Origin: Eledone cirrhosa
Lineage: Eukaryota
DNA length: 64,000 bases
Assembly: GCA_964016885.1 (NCBI GenBank)
Contig: OZ024741.1
Coordinates: forward strand, 144,088,001 to 144,152,000
Reading direction: 5' to 3'
The notes below the pieces were generated by a model, which ran no database searches, was not told where the DNA came from, and was given only the letters and a program-made list of their open reading frames with translations. Positions within the stretch are counted from its first letter, which is position 1. Each line of letters begins with the position of its first letter. Shown here one piece after another: positions 43,510 to 57,294 of this stretch. A program made the translations under genes and the position numbers.

Positions 43510-44498
43510 AGCTGCATTTATCTTGCTTTATGTTCATTCAAGTTATCACCAAGTCACAACCAGTGACCTCAAGAGACAACAAGGTCCGCCATGTTCAAGA
43601 AAGAACATACATACTCACACATGCATCTTTAGGTGTTTAGACTTGTGATGTACTTATATTGACAGAATCTTCCTTAGTATATGGGCAGTTCCCATTAGTA
43701 CTATCTTTTGTATTTCTCCTATACGCGGGTTTCCTGGGATTTGCGATAAGTAATCATTAGACCCCTTAGGTATCATTCCTAGAGCGCCTACAACCACTGG
43801 TATTGTTTTAGTTCTCAATTTCCACATTTTTCCAATTTCTATCTCCAGGTGCTTATACTTGCTCAATTTTTCAAATGTTTTTATAGATACATTCTTGTCA
43901 ATTGGAACGGACATATCAATTAGCAGGCATACCCTCTTTTTAAAGTCCTTCAATATTATATCAGGTCTATTTGCATCTATTTTTCGGTCTGTTTGGATGC
44001 TAAAGTTCCACAAGATTGAGATGTGATCTTTTTCAAGTATGGGAGGTGGTTGATGCTCCCACCAATTCTTTTGATGGGGCAGGTCAAAATGCTTACACAT
44101 TATCCAATGTATGTATTGTGCAGCTCTGTCATGCCTGTTTAGGTATTCGGTTGGAGCTATAGGACTGCACATTGAAATTATATGATCAATGGTCTCTGGT
44201 TGTTTTTTTTACATACATGGCATAATGGGCTGCATCCATTTTTTATTATGTTGGCTTGGGAATTTTTTGTTGGCAGACACTGATCTTGTGCTGATATAAT
44301 CAGTCCTTCAGTCTCCGATTTCAGTCCAGAGGATGCCAACCACTGATGGGTTAAAGTTTTGTCAACATCAGGATTGTTAGCTCGTTCTGGGTATTTTCCA
44401 TACAGAGGCTTTTCTTGCCATTTCTTAGCCAGTTTCTGTAGCAGTTCTTTCTTTGCAGTTACTTTTACCTGCTTTGCTTTTTCTGTGTTTTTGATATG

Positions 44499-44499
<1 letters not shown>
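43509..44499 (-). mobile_element. Second, distinct 5'-truncated R4/Dong-like RLE retrotransposon
   Basis: GLKSETEGLIISAQDQCLPT, zinc finger, RHD, RPDIILKD, PVVVGALG, IQKIVLMGTAHILRK. Flanked by (TTA)n on both sides. Confidence 0.85.
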
Positions 44500-44537
<38 letters not shown>

Positions 44538-47500
44538 GGCGACCTATGTAGTAAATCGTATCATCGTGAGCTCCGCAAAGGTTTGTTGTTTTCGTTTATT
44601 TAAAATTGCCATTTATGGAAATTTTTTATTGCTAACTGTATATAAGTGCACATACATTGTTTTCCGAAAAGGACACTCAAAAAGATTGGGGCCTTGAGCC
44701 AAAAATTTTAACTTTTATAATTATAAAAAAAAAAACTTCCTTTGAAAAAAACATGGATGACTCACAGCCACACGAAGCTGACAGGCTTCCTCACAAACTA
44801 ACACCTCACACCGACACCACCATTGTAAATATTACTACGTTTGCCAACACTAAAAATATAAGCAGTAGCAATATTTTAAATTTGTCTCAGGCAGATATTC
44901 ATTTCCCGCCATTACCAATAACTGCAGGTGTTAAAGCCGCCACCACCACTACCACCGCGACAACCACCACCCCCACCACCACCGCGACAACAGAAACAAA
45001 AGAAAAAAATAAATTAACTCGTGATATCGAAATGAATTCAACCAAAATGAACTCTTCCACACCGAACACCACTGACGCCACCACCACCACAACTGAAACT
45101 AAAATTAATAATAACAAAAATAACGATAACAACAACAGCAACAATGAAATTAAGAAAACCACCCTGAGTTTTGCCAGAGTAGCAAAACAGTGCGAAGCAT
45201 TTCAGGTAACTCAGGAGGAATTAGAAGAAGCTAAAAAAATGGTAAAGAAAGATGGGTACAGGGTCAGCCCCCCCCCTAATAAAATCGTATCTTATCGAAC
45301 AATTAATATAAAATCGCGCCGAGTGGAACGGGCATCCGAGTCCCAAATCCAAAAAGCTTTGGGACATGTGTGGGCAAAAAAATCCCACATCAGACGTGGG
45401 CAGAAATATGGTACCGTGGACGTGTTCTTTGAAACACCAGAGGAGGCTAGAGAACACTCCATGGCCCCATTAAGAAGTGACGACTTCACACTCGTCCCAA
45501 GCTAGTGTAGCCAGAGACTCGTAAAATCAGGGTCACCCACGTTCCACCGGCCATCGAAATTCCCTGGCTAATAGCTGCCGTCCTCGCCGGCATCGAAGCC
45601 AACACCAAGATAATCGAAATAGCGAAAGAAAAGCAGGAGAACTGATTCGGATCTGGGATGGAGCTCCTGATCCAAGCGGACCAAAAAAGCATTGAGGAGA
45701 TCCCAGAGGTAATAGACCTCACTGACGGCAGCCACCTCACCGTAATTGTCGAGGGCAGAAGGCCTAGGTGTGTCGTTTGTGGTGAAGGAACCCACCTAAA
45801 GGCTTTCTGCCCCCAGGCTAAAAGGTTGAAGCCACCTCTCCTACCCACCACAGTGACTCAACCATCAATACCACCAGCAGCCGAGATGGCAGCAACAACT
45901 GTAGCAGCAACAACAGAAGCAACTGTAACAGCAACAACCCCAGCAACAGTAACAAAACCAACACCACCACCATCCAACGCGCCAGAACTAGCACCAGCGC
46001 CTACATCATCCACCACGCCACAACCAAAACCAACACCTGTGGAGGATTTTCCACTCCCCGGCCTATCACAACTGGAGACAGATTGTGACGACGAGTGGGA
46101 AACGGTATCAGGAAAAAAGAAAAAAAGACCCCCCAATTCTCTTCCCTCCCTCTCCAAAAACAAAATACAGAGGGAAACAAATAAACTATCAAACAAAAAA
46201 GTTAGGACATATATGCCACCATCCACACCAGCATCACCAACCCCATCACCACAAACACTAACACCATCACCATCACTAACCTCAACACCACCATCACAAA
46301 CACCACAAAAGTCACCAAAAAGCGAAACAAACAAACCCACAACAAACGCAAACAAAACAAAACAACCAAAACAATACACACTACACAGCATTAAATTTGA
46401 ACAACAACCAATTATTACACTACATCCAACACAACACCAGCATCACAGAAAAAGACTACACAACAACCCAAAAGTTCACACCACTTCCACACATACAAAT
46501 CACTCACATCACACAGAAAACGTACACGACACTAAAACAAAAATTCCCCAAAGACATCGGAGACTTCCGACAAACACTCTCCATGAGGATTTATAAGGAC
46601 ATCCTTCCGGAGGAGGCCACAAGCAGCGAAAAGGATGGACAAACCATCCTTCCTCTACGAGAAGTAAGGTAAGTGGTCTTTCCCATCTTTTTCACTCCAT
46701 TTCAACATGACCTCACTCAGAATAGGCAGCATAAATGCGCGTGGCTTTGGGTCGTCATGGAAGCAGGGCCACCTGCTCAACGACCTCAGGTCACTAAACA
46801 TAGATGTAGTGGTCATCAGCGAGACCAGAATCTCCGAAGCACGGGCCTTCGCACTGATCTTCGGCGGCTACAATGTGTACGCATCTCCCAGCCGTCCGGG
46901 ATCGGGAGGAGGAGTTGCTGTGCTTTTTCGGAGAGGTTTGGATCTCGCCATACGGGCCATCTTCCTGGACCCAGAAGGTAAGTTGGTGGTGCTAGACGTG
47001 ACCAGCGGAGACAGGCAAGCTTTCAGGCTAGTGGACGTCTATGCCCCGGCAGGAGCAGGGCGACCTGATTTCTTCCGGCGTCTGGAGACCTTTCTTGGAA
47101 CGTCCCGCTCTTTAGTGTTAGTGGGTGACTGGAACGGGATCTTAGATGCACGCTGGGACTGTGTGGGATAAGCGGATAGGGGAGGAGGGTGCAAGAGCCT
47201 CACCAACTGCTCAGGCGTTTTGAACTGTCTGACAGGTACCGATTGGATTTCCCGAATGTGCCAATGTGGACTTGGACAAATCGTATAGGGTCATCCAGAT
47301 CATATCTAGATAGAGTATTTTGTAGGGAAATAGATATGTCTAGCATAGGCTGTCCACAATTCAAGATAGTCAGCTACATAGACGACAAATTCGTGATCTG
47401 TGTGCTTGACTTAGATAGGCTTCATAGACGAGGACCCGGCTACTGGAAGCTAAACGCGTCCTTACCAGCGCGCAAGGCCTATAGAGACCGGATTAGCGAA

Positions 47501-50372
47501 TTAGTAAAGCGGGCGTTGACGGGGGCCATCGTCAACAACAAGTGGTGGTTTGCTCTGAAAAGGGCAATTAGAATAGAGTCCATTAGGTTTAGTAAGGCTT
47601 TAGCAATAGAGAAAAATAGAGCAGAGGGACAATTAGTTAGAAAATTAGACGAGGCGCTTAGCAAAGGCATCGCGACCGACGTACTTGCGGCGAAATTGGC
47701 CCTTGACCAATTCTTCAATGCAAAGCACGAAGGCTGCGTTGTCAGAGCTAGGGTGCGTGCTCTCAGACACGAGGGGACGAAAGCCGTTCAATGGGCCCGA
47801 GTGACGGGTGCGTGTCTTGGCAACAAAGCCACGATCCGGTCTTTGGTGGACCACGACGGGCGCATGCTACTCGATCCCGGGCAAATGTGTGAAGCTTTTC
47901 AGCGACACTTCGCACAGCTGTTCGGGAGCAGCGGCGGGCCGGATCGAGGGATGGACTTTAGTGTCTACCTCGACGGACTGCCGCGGCTCTCGGCCACTGA
48001 GGCGGAGTGTTGCGAACAGCCGATAACAGCCGCTGAAGTACGGGAGGCAATGACTGGCTGCACAAGGGGTAAATCGCCTGGTTTGGATGGTCTGCCCTAT
48101 GAACTTTACGTACAAATGCCAGACTTGTTTGGAGGCCTCTTGGCGGACGTCTACTGCAACTGGCAACAGAACGGGAGAATTCCCAGCTCTGTGAGCCGAG
48201 GAGCTGTGGCGCTGCTGAGAAAGGATCCGAACATGGGGGATAACATAGATAATTTCAGGCCCATAACTCTGCTAAACACAGAGTTCAAGATTTTGGCCAA
48301 GGTGCTAGCAAAGAGGTTGGCACTTGTCGTTGGTGGTCTGGTGAGAGAGGCGCAGACGTGCGCCATTCCCGACAGATCCATCCACGACAACCTCCACCTC
48401 ATGCGATACATCGTAGAGAGGGTAGCTAGGGAACCTGGCACAGGTGGGTCCTTGATCAATTTAGATCAGTCGAAAGCTTTCGATAGGGTCGACCATCGTT
48501 ACCTAGCGGCAGTCCCGAGGGCGGCTGGCTTTGGGCCCGTCTTCAGAGGCTGGATCGCTGCCATGCACAGCGACATCTGCTCTGTGGTGAGAGTGAACGG
48601 TCACCTTTCGGAACCGTTCAACATCATGCGCTCGGTCCGCCAAGGATGATTCCTCTCGTCCTTCTTGTACGTATTGACTCTCGAGCTATTATTGCACAAA
48701 CTGGAGACGTTGAGGGGGGTCCTGCGCGAACTAGGATGCGGAACATCCGTGTAGGCATATGCCGACGATGTCACCGTAGTGGTGTCGAACGCCAAACACA
48801 TCGAGGCGATCGGCACTACACTAAGAGAATACGAAGCGGTGACAGGAGCAATGATCAACCAGGAAAAGTCAGTAGGCCTGCAGCTCGGCACCTGGAGAGG
48901 AAGGTCCATGCCGTCCAACAGCGTCGTCGGGCGCTGGACGGACGGACCGGTTCAATTGCTAGGGGTCTGGTTCGGTCCGGACCTCCAGACGGACAAAAAC
49001 TGGGACGAGGTGACGAGCAGGGTGGCTTCTCTCACCCAGAAATGGGCGGAGAGGAAGCTATCCCTGAAAGGTCGAGCGGAGGTGGCCAACGCGTACATCG
49101 CGTCCGTCATCTTCTACCGCCTGACCGTCGTACCTTGTCCTAATCCCCACCTGACTGCGCTGGAGCGTTTGCTCTTTCGCTTTTTGTGGAAGGGACGCGC
49201 TCCGATGGTCAGGCGGTTCATCTGCTGTCAACACCCGCTACGTGGAGGGCTGGGCATGCCGTGGCTGATGATGCGCAGACACGCGCTCAGGCTACGACAT
49301 CTCCACCTCTTCCTCGACGGTGATTAGGTGTGGTCGCCGTTTGCTAGACACGTCTTTCTCCAGCTCGTCTCCTTGACGGAGCTGCAGTCCTGGGTCAAGC
49401 GAAGACCGAGAGGGAGCGCTTGGAGACTGGAATGTCTTCAGGCGCTCACAGCCCACGACCAGTCGGGCAATGTGATCGGTGGAAACTCCACCTTGGCGTT
49501 CTATAGAGGATTAGTGGAGGGGAAGAGCGACGACGTACTTGGAGAAACTCTAGGCGTCGACGAAAATCAACTAGCCAATCTCTTCGGAAGGACTTTCGGG
49601 CCGGGGCCTATGGGCAACTTCCAGAAATCCCTGGCCTAGCAGTGCTACCGAGGAGCTTTGTCAGTTCGGGATAAACTCTACAGGCATGGAGGTGCCGTCA
49701 GCCGGGCATGTCCGAGATGCGCGCAGGGTGACGAAACCGTCCTGCACGCACTCGTCCAGTGTCCGAGCATTGCTGACTTGTGGGTTTATGTCGAACACCT
49801 GCTGTCACGTGTAGGACGGATCCAGCTATCAGCTGAGTCCATCGTGAGGATTGCCCCGCCCTTTTCCTTTAGCCGGGAAGGGTAGGCAGTTTTTTATCTG
49901 TCTGGTGGCCATGGCGAAAGAGATAGTATGGTGGACACGTTTGAAAGGGCTGAAGACGAGCACTTACCTCTTCGGTGATGCCCTGATTAACTTTTTCAAA
50001 TTTCATTTGAAAAGGAAAATCAGGGTAGAAAGGGAAGTGCTCTCTTCCCAGCATTTTGTTGAAAAATGGGTGAGAGAAGCAAGTATGGCCTGAGTGAATG
50101 GGCCTTCTCTGAGTATGTGTCTTTAAATTAAAGGTGGAAAACTGGGAGAGGGCACTTGCCCTGGTGGTTAGGGTCACTGTGGCCTTTTAATGGGCTTTCT
50201 CTACAAATGTCCTTCGGAAGTCTCCCCCCTATTGGGGAATTTTTCATTGTTATTTTTATTACATCCTCTGTTTTTTTTTACACGCAGAAATGCCCATTTG
50301 TACCGTCCTGTATTGTCCTGTACTGTCCTTAATGTCTACTTTATGTAAACCCTTGTGGTTAATAAAGAAAGC
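44538..50372 (+). mobile_element. Apparently full-length but inactivated L1/Tx1-type LINE (about 5.8 kb)
   Basis: ORF1 from about 44752 (CVVCGEGTHLKAFC knuckle, frameshifts). ORF2 from ATG 46707 with APE, RT and C-terminal zinc finger, several stops. 3' end AATAAAGAAAGC; (TTA)n immediately upstream. Confidence 0.92.
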
Positions 50373-50404
<32 letters not shown>

Positions 50405-50436
50405 TATTATCATTATAATATTTATATATCTATCTC

Positions 50437-50478
<42 letters not shown>

Positions 50479-51134
50479 CGTGTGTTTGTAGAAGTAGCAT
50501 TGCGTGGTCCATAATAGGGATGGATCCGATATGTTTATGTTCAATAAACACACGCGAGTCTCGCTATAAATGTTTTATAATGTGATCATGTAATAGATAT
50601 CTCAGTGGCCTGGGAGAATATCAAACTGATGTTTCTGGAGTTTTATCCGTCATCGTTAGCACTCACTACTTAAACAAGAATAGCTAAAAGCTTATACGTT
50701 TTTTCGCGTATGAAACACTTTGCTGCAGACGCCCGGAGGATAGCAAGGGAGGTGGTTGAAATATTATTTCCAACTCACAGGGCTCACTCCTGCGAGTGGT
50801 CCAATCGTTCCCGATAGCAATGAGTAGGAGATGGTTCGGGGATCAAAAACGCCAGAGGTTTCCACCGTTATAAGTTCAGCGACGAATCTATTGGAAGTTT
50901 AAACAAATGAGCTGCAACTAATCCATTTAATGAATGGAGGCATGAAAAGTTCTTTCGCCATAAATATCGGACAGTGGGATATAATTGCATATCATCAACC
51001 ATTCGAGAAGTTTTAGTTTTCTGTTGCTCTCATTGTCGAAGTGAAATACTTGCAATGAAGAATTGAATCCGTATGCCTTCGGCTTCGTTTTAGCTTAGCC
51101 TTTTACATTAACCATTTGTCATTATTTGTAACTT

Positions 51135-51318
51135 AGTGGATTGGCAGTATCGTTAGAGGGTCGGACACCATGCTTTGCAGGAAAGAATTACGGTCCTTTA
51201 TGATCTGAGTTCAAATCCCGCCGAGGTTAACTTTGCCTTTCATCCTTACGGGGTCGATAAAATAAAGTACCAGTAATACACTGGAATAATTGCTGGCCTT
51301 GTGCCAAAAGTAGAAACA
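51135..51318 (+). mobile_element. tRNA-derived SINE with 14-bp TSD
   Basis: B-box GAGTTCAAATCC. TSD ATTATTTGTAACTT at 51121-51134 and 51319-51332. Confidence 0.87.
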
Positions 51319-51896
51319 ATTATTTGTAACTTGTGATTCATGAATAACGTGTTTGTGGTTGTTATTTAATATAGGAATTGGCCAAATAAACGGAAGTGTG
51401 TTGCTCCATAGCCATTAACTATAGTTTATAAAATATCTTCACATACCTTTATACTGTGACACTCGAGGGACATTTTTATCTGGTTGAAAATCACTAATGG
51501 TTGAGGAAGAAGAATATTTAACCTGCGTTGGTCAGTCAGAGGATACATTTTCTAACATAAAGAACATAACATATGTAATTCTAATATAAGTTTAATGCTG
51601 AAATAACTGTGTGTTTCTTGAACTCTCATAATCTTTTCTTACTTTACCAGTGTTTTTTATCTATAGTTTACTATAAATCATATAGTGTAAAACTGTTGTT
51701 GCTGTCGTCGTTTAGCCTTAGCTCAGTTGTGATTGAGCTGATCTATGATCAACAACATTCTAACTGTGACCATCATGTTCTGTTTTGAGACACATTGTGT
51801 CTAGAATTACATTATAACTAGATTTGAGTTCTCTATATCACGTAGAGTAAGGCGAATTACGAGAGTTGTTGGAACATTGGATAGAATGCTTTAGGG

Positions 51897-52614
51897 TAAA
51901 GGTTCTCAACGGGGGCGTTTCGTAGCCCCAGGGGGACGTTATGCAGTAAGGGAGCGTTAGGGGGCGTTATGCAGTAAGGGGGCGTTTGAAACTTTGAGGG
52001 CGCTAGAAGCCCTTTTAGTTTGGTAAGTTTTATAAGTCATATTTGTACGTCTCTTAGTGATTTGAATGAAGAAAACAAAAAAAATATATTAAAGAAGCTT
52101 GTCAACGAATTCCCTAGGGAGATAAAAGAAAATCAAAAGAAATCAAAGAGAATGAAAGTAAGGACTACTTCAACAGAAATGACAAGAAGAAGCAATGGTG
52201 GTGAACATACACACACATACATACACATATATACACATACATACACACACACACACATATATATACACACACAGGCCGGCGTTAGTGTTTGATGAAGTTG
52301 AGAACCTGGTCAGCTTTCAGCCAGAAGTGTGGTATTTAATCTCCCTAGGTATAAAATCTGGCGACAAAAATTTTCTCCTTACCAAAAAAGAAGACATAGA
52401 TCATATCAACATCCTTATACGCTTAAATATAAATGCATGTATATATACAAATGTATAAATGCATAGCTATATACATACATAAATGTATGTATATATGTAT
52501 GTATGTATGTAGATTTATATATATATATATAAATCTACATACATATATTAGTTTTGCGAGGTTTTTGTGTCGAAACAAATATTGTTATACTTATATATAT
52601 ATATATATATGAAT

Positions 52615-52666
<52 letters not shown>

Positions 52667-53177
52667 CTACATACATACATATATTTATATATATATATAT
52701 ATATATATATAGATTTTGAGTTTATGTTGGTTGTATACCAACACCTCCGTATGCAGGCTGGAGCACTCGACGAAGTGCGCAGGTTGGTTTGGTTACTCCG
52801 GAGTAGTGTAAAATAAAGTTAAATAAAAGTCAAATGATTAAAATTTAGCTTCGTTTATTACTGCTATATATATTTCAGTGACAGCCATCTTTGGCTGTGA
52901 CCTCTTCAGGCAGTTTGAATTAGTATGGTATAGACAAGTACATATGTTGTTTAGGTGTATAATATTGTCAATACTCTGATATGCCCAGTTCCTTGTTGGG
53001 TTGTTAATTCACTGAGGAACTGGAGTCATATTGGGTTGTTAATTCACTGTGTGTGTGTGTGTGTGTGTGGAACGTTGTTATTTGGCGTTGTTGAAAAGAG
53101 CTGTGGCCTTTGACCTGGCAATAAAAAAATGTAGACAAAATTCTTTCTGTACCAAGGCACACACACACTCACAAGTT

Positions 53178-53254
<77 letters not shown>

Positions 53255-53786
53255 CTATCTATGTTTATATATAAGGGATAAAAATATTGCTTTCTCAGTC
53301 ACCAAGCTTCTCAATTTATTCCTTACTACTTATTTTGCTACGAGGTATATTATTTTGCAAGGTACTATTTTTCCCCTGAATTTGTGATTTCAGAGAAAGG
53401 TAAGAAATTCTTCATATTTTGCATCTTTTGTATTTTGACTTTGCAGTTTCAATTGTCTATCCACTCAAAATATATTACAACAGCTGACAGTGAAATATAG
53501 AATTTAAAAAAAAGAAGCTTTTTCGACTGAGATCAAATGTTTTTTTTTATTTCAAAAATATATAATTTGAAATAGCTTGCTTTTGTTTTGGACTGAAACT
53601 TTTTTGTATTTAATTCGTACGAGTATTTTTTAAAGAATCTAAGATAACTTGATTTGGCCCAGTTATCTACTGATATCAAAATCAGTAGTATATTGAAAAA
53701 TGGAAAAATAGGGTAGGGGGGGGGGGCGTTTCGTGATTTCGCGGGGCAAAAGGGGGCGTTTGGCCAAAATGGGTTGAGAACCTTTG
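51897..53786. mobile_element. Non-autonomous hAT-type DNA transposon inserted into a SINE
   Basis: 14-bp TIRs TAAAGGTTCTCAAC / GTTGAGAACCTTTG. 8-bp TSD CTTTAGGG at 51889-51896 and 53787-53794. GGGGCGTT subterminal repeats at both ends. The flanks join into a SINE head (about 51850-51896 plus 53795-53905). Confidence 0.85.
52860..52914 (-). ncRNA. Type I hammerhead ribozyme with canonical core
   Basis: Minus strand reads ACTGC CTGAAGA GGTcACAGCCA aaga TGGCTGTcACT GAAA TATATA TA GCAGT AATAAA: 5-bp stem I, 10-bp stem II, palindromic stem III, AUA triplet. Confidence 0.78.
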
Positions 53787-54839
53787 CTTTAGGGTATCTG
53801 TCTTGGCTTCCTGCGTTCTCTGAGTGCAAAATATGCTGAGGTCAAATATTTCTTTAATCATTTCGAGGTCAATAAAAATATGCCTGTTCAGTACTGGGGT
53901 CAATTCTTTCTCACTTTCTTTTCCTCCAGTGGAAATTGGCTGTGTTTAGACTTAGATTCAAAATGCCCAAGACATACCGGCGCCTTTCCGATTCCACTAG
54001 GAGTTACGTGTCCATGCATGCATAACACGGAGAATCATTTATAGACAGTGAGAATGATCATGAATAAATTCTAATTTATTGTAAACAGTTTATAATTGTT
54101 GATGTGAATATGATATACAAAAGAAACAAATCAATAAAAATGAATGAGAAAAGAAAACAAGAACAGTTGCAACAAAAAAAAAAAGACATGCATAAAAGCA
54201 TACTCCTTCAATTACACAGTCGCAGGAAATGCGTGTTTTGGTCTGAAAAACAATTGAAGAAATTCAAAACACTTACGTCATTCAAAACACTTACGTGATA
54301 GTACGGTTGAGGCGCTTGACTAGCCAAGCACCTCCAGAATACTACCTGACACTTCATTGAGTCAAGTCTGTCAAAATTTCGTTGTAAATGGTCTAGCTAC
54401 TACAGGCTGAAAAATGTAATTTACTGATAAATCACGATATTTCAATAGTTTATTCCGTTCGACTGTGGATGATGCAGTAAATCCCACCCCCACTACAACA
54501 ACTCTTAAACTTAAGCCCCGCCCCCACCAAAACAACAACAAAAAAACAACAAAAAACATAACTATCGGGTGTAATTTGAATATTTGTCAGCTAGCAAATC
54601 AAGTGATATTCTTAAAAATAATCAATTAATTAATGTTCTATGGTTAATTACGAACATGTTCTTATATATAATATATACAATGTAATTTTTTTCATGTATA
54701 TTATACACGATTGTGAAGCTAAATGGAGAAATATGGAAATAGTACAAATTGACAGAAACTAATCAAATACTTAATAAACTATTTTAATAATTAGAATATG
54801 TACACCCACCAAAACCCCCAATAGAGGCCAGTCAACCTA

Positions 54840-55795
54840 CCAGCCAGCTATCCAGCCAGCCAAGCAGCCACCCAGCCATCCATCCATCCATCCATCCATC
54901 CAGCCATCCATCCATCCATCCATCCATCCATCCATCCATCCAGCCAGCCAGCCATCCATCCATCCATCCATCCATCCAGCCAGCCATCCATCCATCCATC
55001 CATCCATCCATCCAGCCAGCCAGCCAGCCAGCCAAGCAGCCATCCATCCATCCATCCATCCATCCATCCATCCATCCATCCATCCATCCATCCATCCAGC
55101 CAGCCATCCATCCATCCATCCATCCATCCATCCATCCATCCATCCAGCCTGCTAGCCATCCATCCATCCATCCATCCATCCATCCATCCAGCCATCCATC
55201 CATCCAGCCAGCCAGCCATCCATCCATCCATCCATCCATCCATCCAGCCAGCCAGCCAGCCAGCCAGCCAAGCAGCCATCCATCCATCCATCCATCCATC
55301 CATCCATCCATCCATCCATCCAGCCAGCCAGCCAGCCATCCATCCATCCATCCATCCATCCATCCATCCATCCAGCCAGCCAGCCAGCCATCCATCCATC
55401 CATCCATCCATCCAGCCTGCTAGCCATCCATCCATCCATCCATCCATCCATCCATCCATCCATCCATCCAGCCAGCCAGCCTGCTAGCCATCCATCCATC
55501 CATCCATCCATCCATCCATCCAGCCATCCATCCATCCAGCCAGCCAGCCATCCATCCATCCATCCATCCATCCATCCAGCCAGCCAGCCAGCCAGCCAGC
55601 CAAGCAGCCATCCATCCATCCATCCATCCATCCATCCATCCATCCATCCATCCAGCCAGCCAGCCATCCATCCATCCATCCATCCATCCATCCATCCATC
55701 CATCCATCCAGCCTGCTAGCCATCCATCCATCCATCCATCCAGCCATCCATCCATCCAGCCAGCCAGCCATCCATCCATCCATCCATCCATCCAT

Positions 55796-55826
<31 letters not shown>

Positions 55827-56739
55827 AGCAGCCATCCATCCATCCATCCATCCATCCATCCATCCATCCATCCATCCATCCAGCCAGCCAGCCAGCCAGC
55901 CATCCATCCATCCATCCATCCATCCATCCATCCATCCATCCATCCAGCCAGCCAGCCATCCATCCATCCATCCATCCAGCCAGCCAGCCATCCATCCATC
56001 CATCCATCCATCCAGCCAGCCAGCCAGCCATCCATCCATCCATCCATCCATCCATCCATCCAGCCTGCTAGCCATCCATCCATCCATCCATCCATCCATC
56101 CATCCATCCATCCATCCAGCCAGCCAGCCAGCCATCCATCCATCCATCCATCCATCCATCCAGCCAGCCAGCCAGCCAGCCAGCCAAGCAGCCATCCATC
56201 CATCCATCCATCCATCCATCCATCCATCCATCCATCCATCCAGCCAGCCATCCATCCATCCATCCATCCATCCATCCATCCATCCATCCATCCATCCAGC
56301 CTGCTAGCCATCCATCCATCCATCCATCCATCCATCCATCCACCCATCCAGCCAGCCAGCCAGCCAGCCATCCATCCATCCATCCATCCATCCATCCATC
56401 CAGCCAGCCAGCCAGCCAAGCAGCCATCCATCCATCCATCCATCCATCCATCCATCCATCCAGCCAGCCAGCCATCCATCCATCCATCCATCCATCCATC
56501 CATCCAGCCAGCCAGCCAGCCAAGCAGCCATCCATCCATCCATCCATCCATCCATCCATCCATCCATCCAGCCAGCCAGCCAGCCATCCATCCATCCATC
56601 CATCCATCCATCCATCCATCCAGCCAGCCAGCCAGCCAAGCAGCCATCCATCCATCCATCCATCCATCCATCCATCCATCCATCCATCCATCCATCCAGC
56701 CAGCCAGCCAGCCATCCATCCATCCATCCATCCATCCAT

Positions 56740-56774
<35 letters not shown>

Positions 56775-57263
56775 AGCAGCCATCCATCCATCCATCCATC
56801 CATCCATCCATCCATCCATCCATCCAGCCAGCCAGCCAGCCAGCCAGCCAAGCAGCCATCCATCCATCCATCCATCCATCCATCCATCCATCCATCCAGC
56901 CAGCCAGCCAGCCATCCATCCATCCATCCATCCATCCATCCATCCATCCATCCAGCCTGCTAGCCATCCATCCATCCATCCAGCCATCCATCCACCCATC
57001 CAGCCAGCCAGCCATCCATCCATCCATCCATCCATCCATCCATCCAGCCAGCCAGCCAGCCAAGCAGCCATCCATCCATCCATCCATCCATCCATCCATC
57101 CATCCAGCCAGCCAGCCATCCATCCATCCATCCATCCATCCATCCAGCCAGCCAGCCAGCCAAGCAGCCATCCATCCATCCATCCATCCATCCATCCATC
57201 CATCCATCCATCCAGCCAGCCATCCATCCATCCATCCATCCATCCATCCATCCATCCATCCAT

Positions 57264-57294
<31 letters not shown>

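Noticed and set aside
54371-54480. ERNKLLKYRDLSVNYIFQPV, resembling a CRE-type RLE C-terminus
   Set aside because: Too short and isolated to call as a feature.
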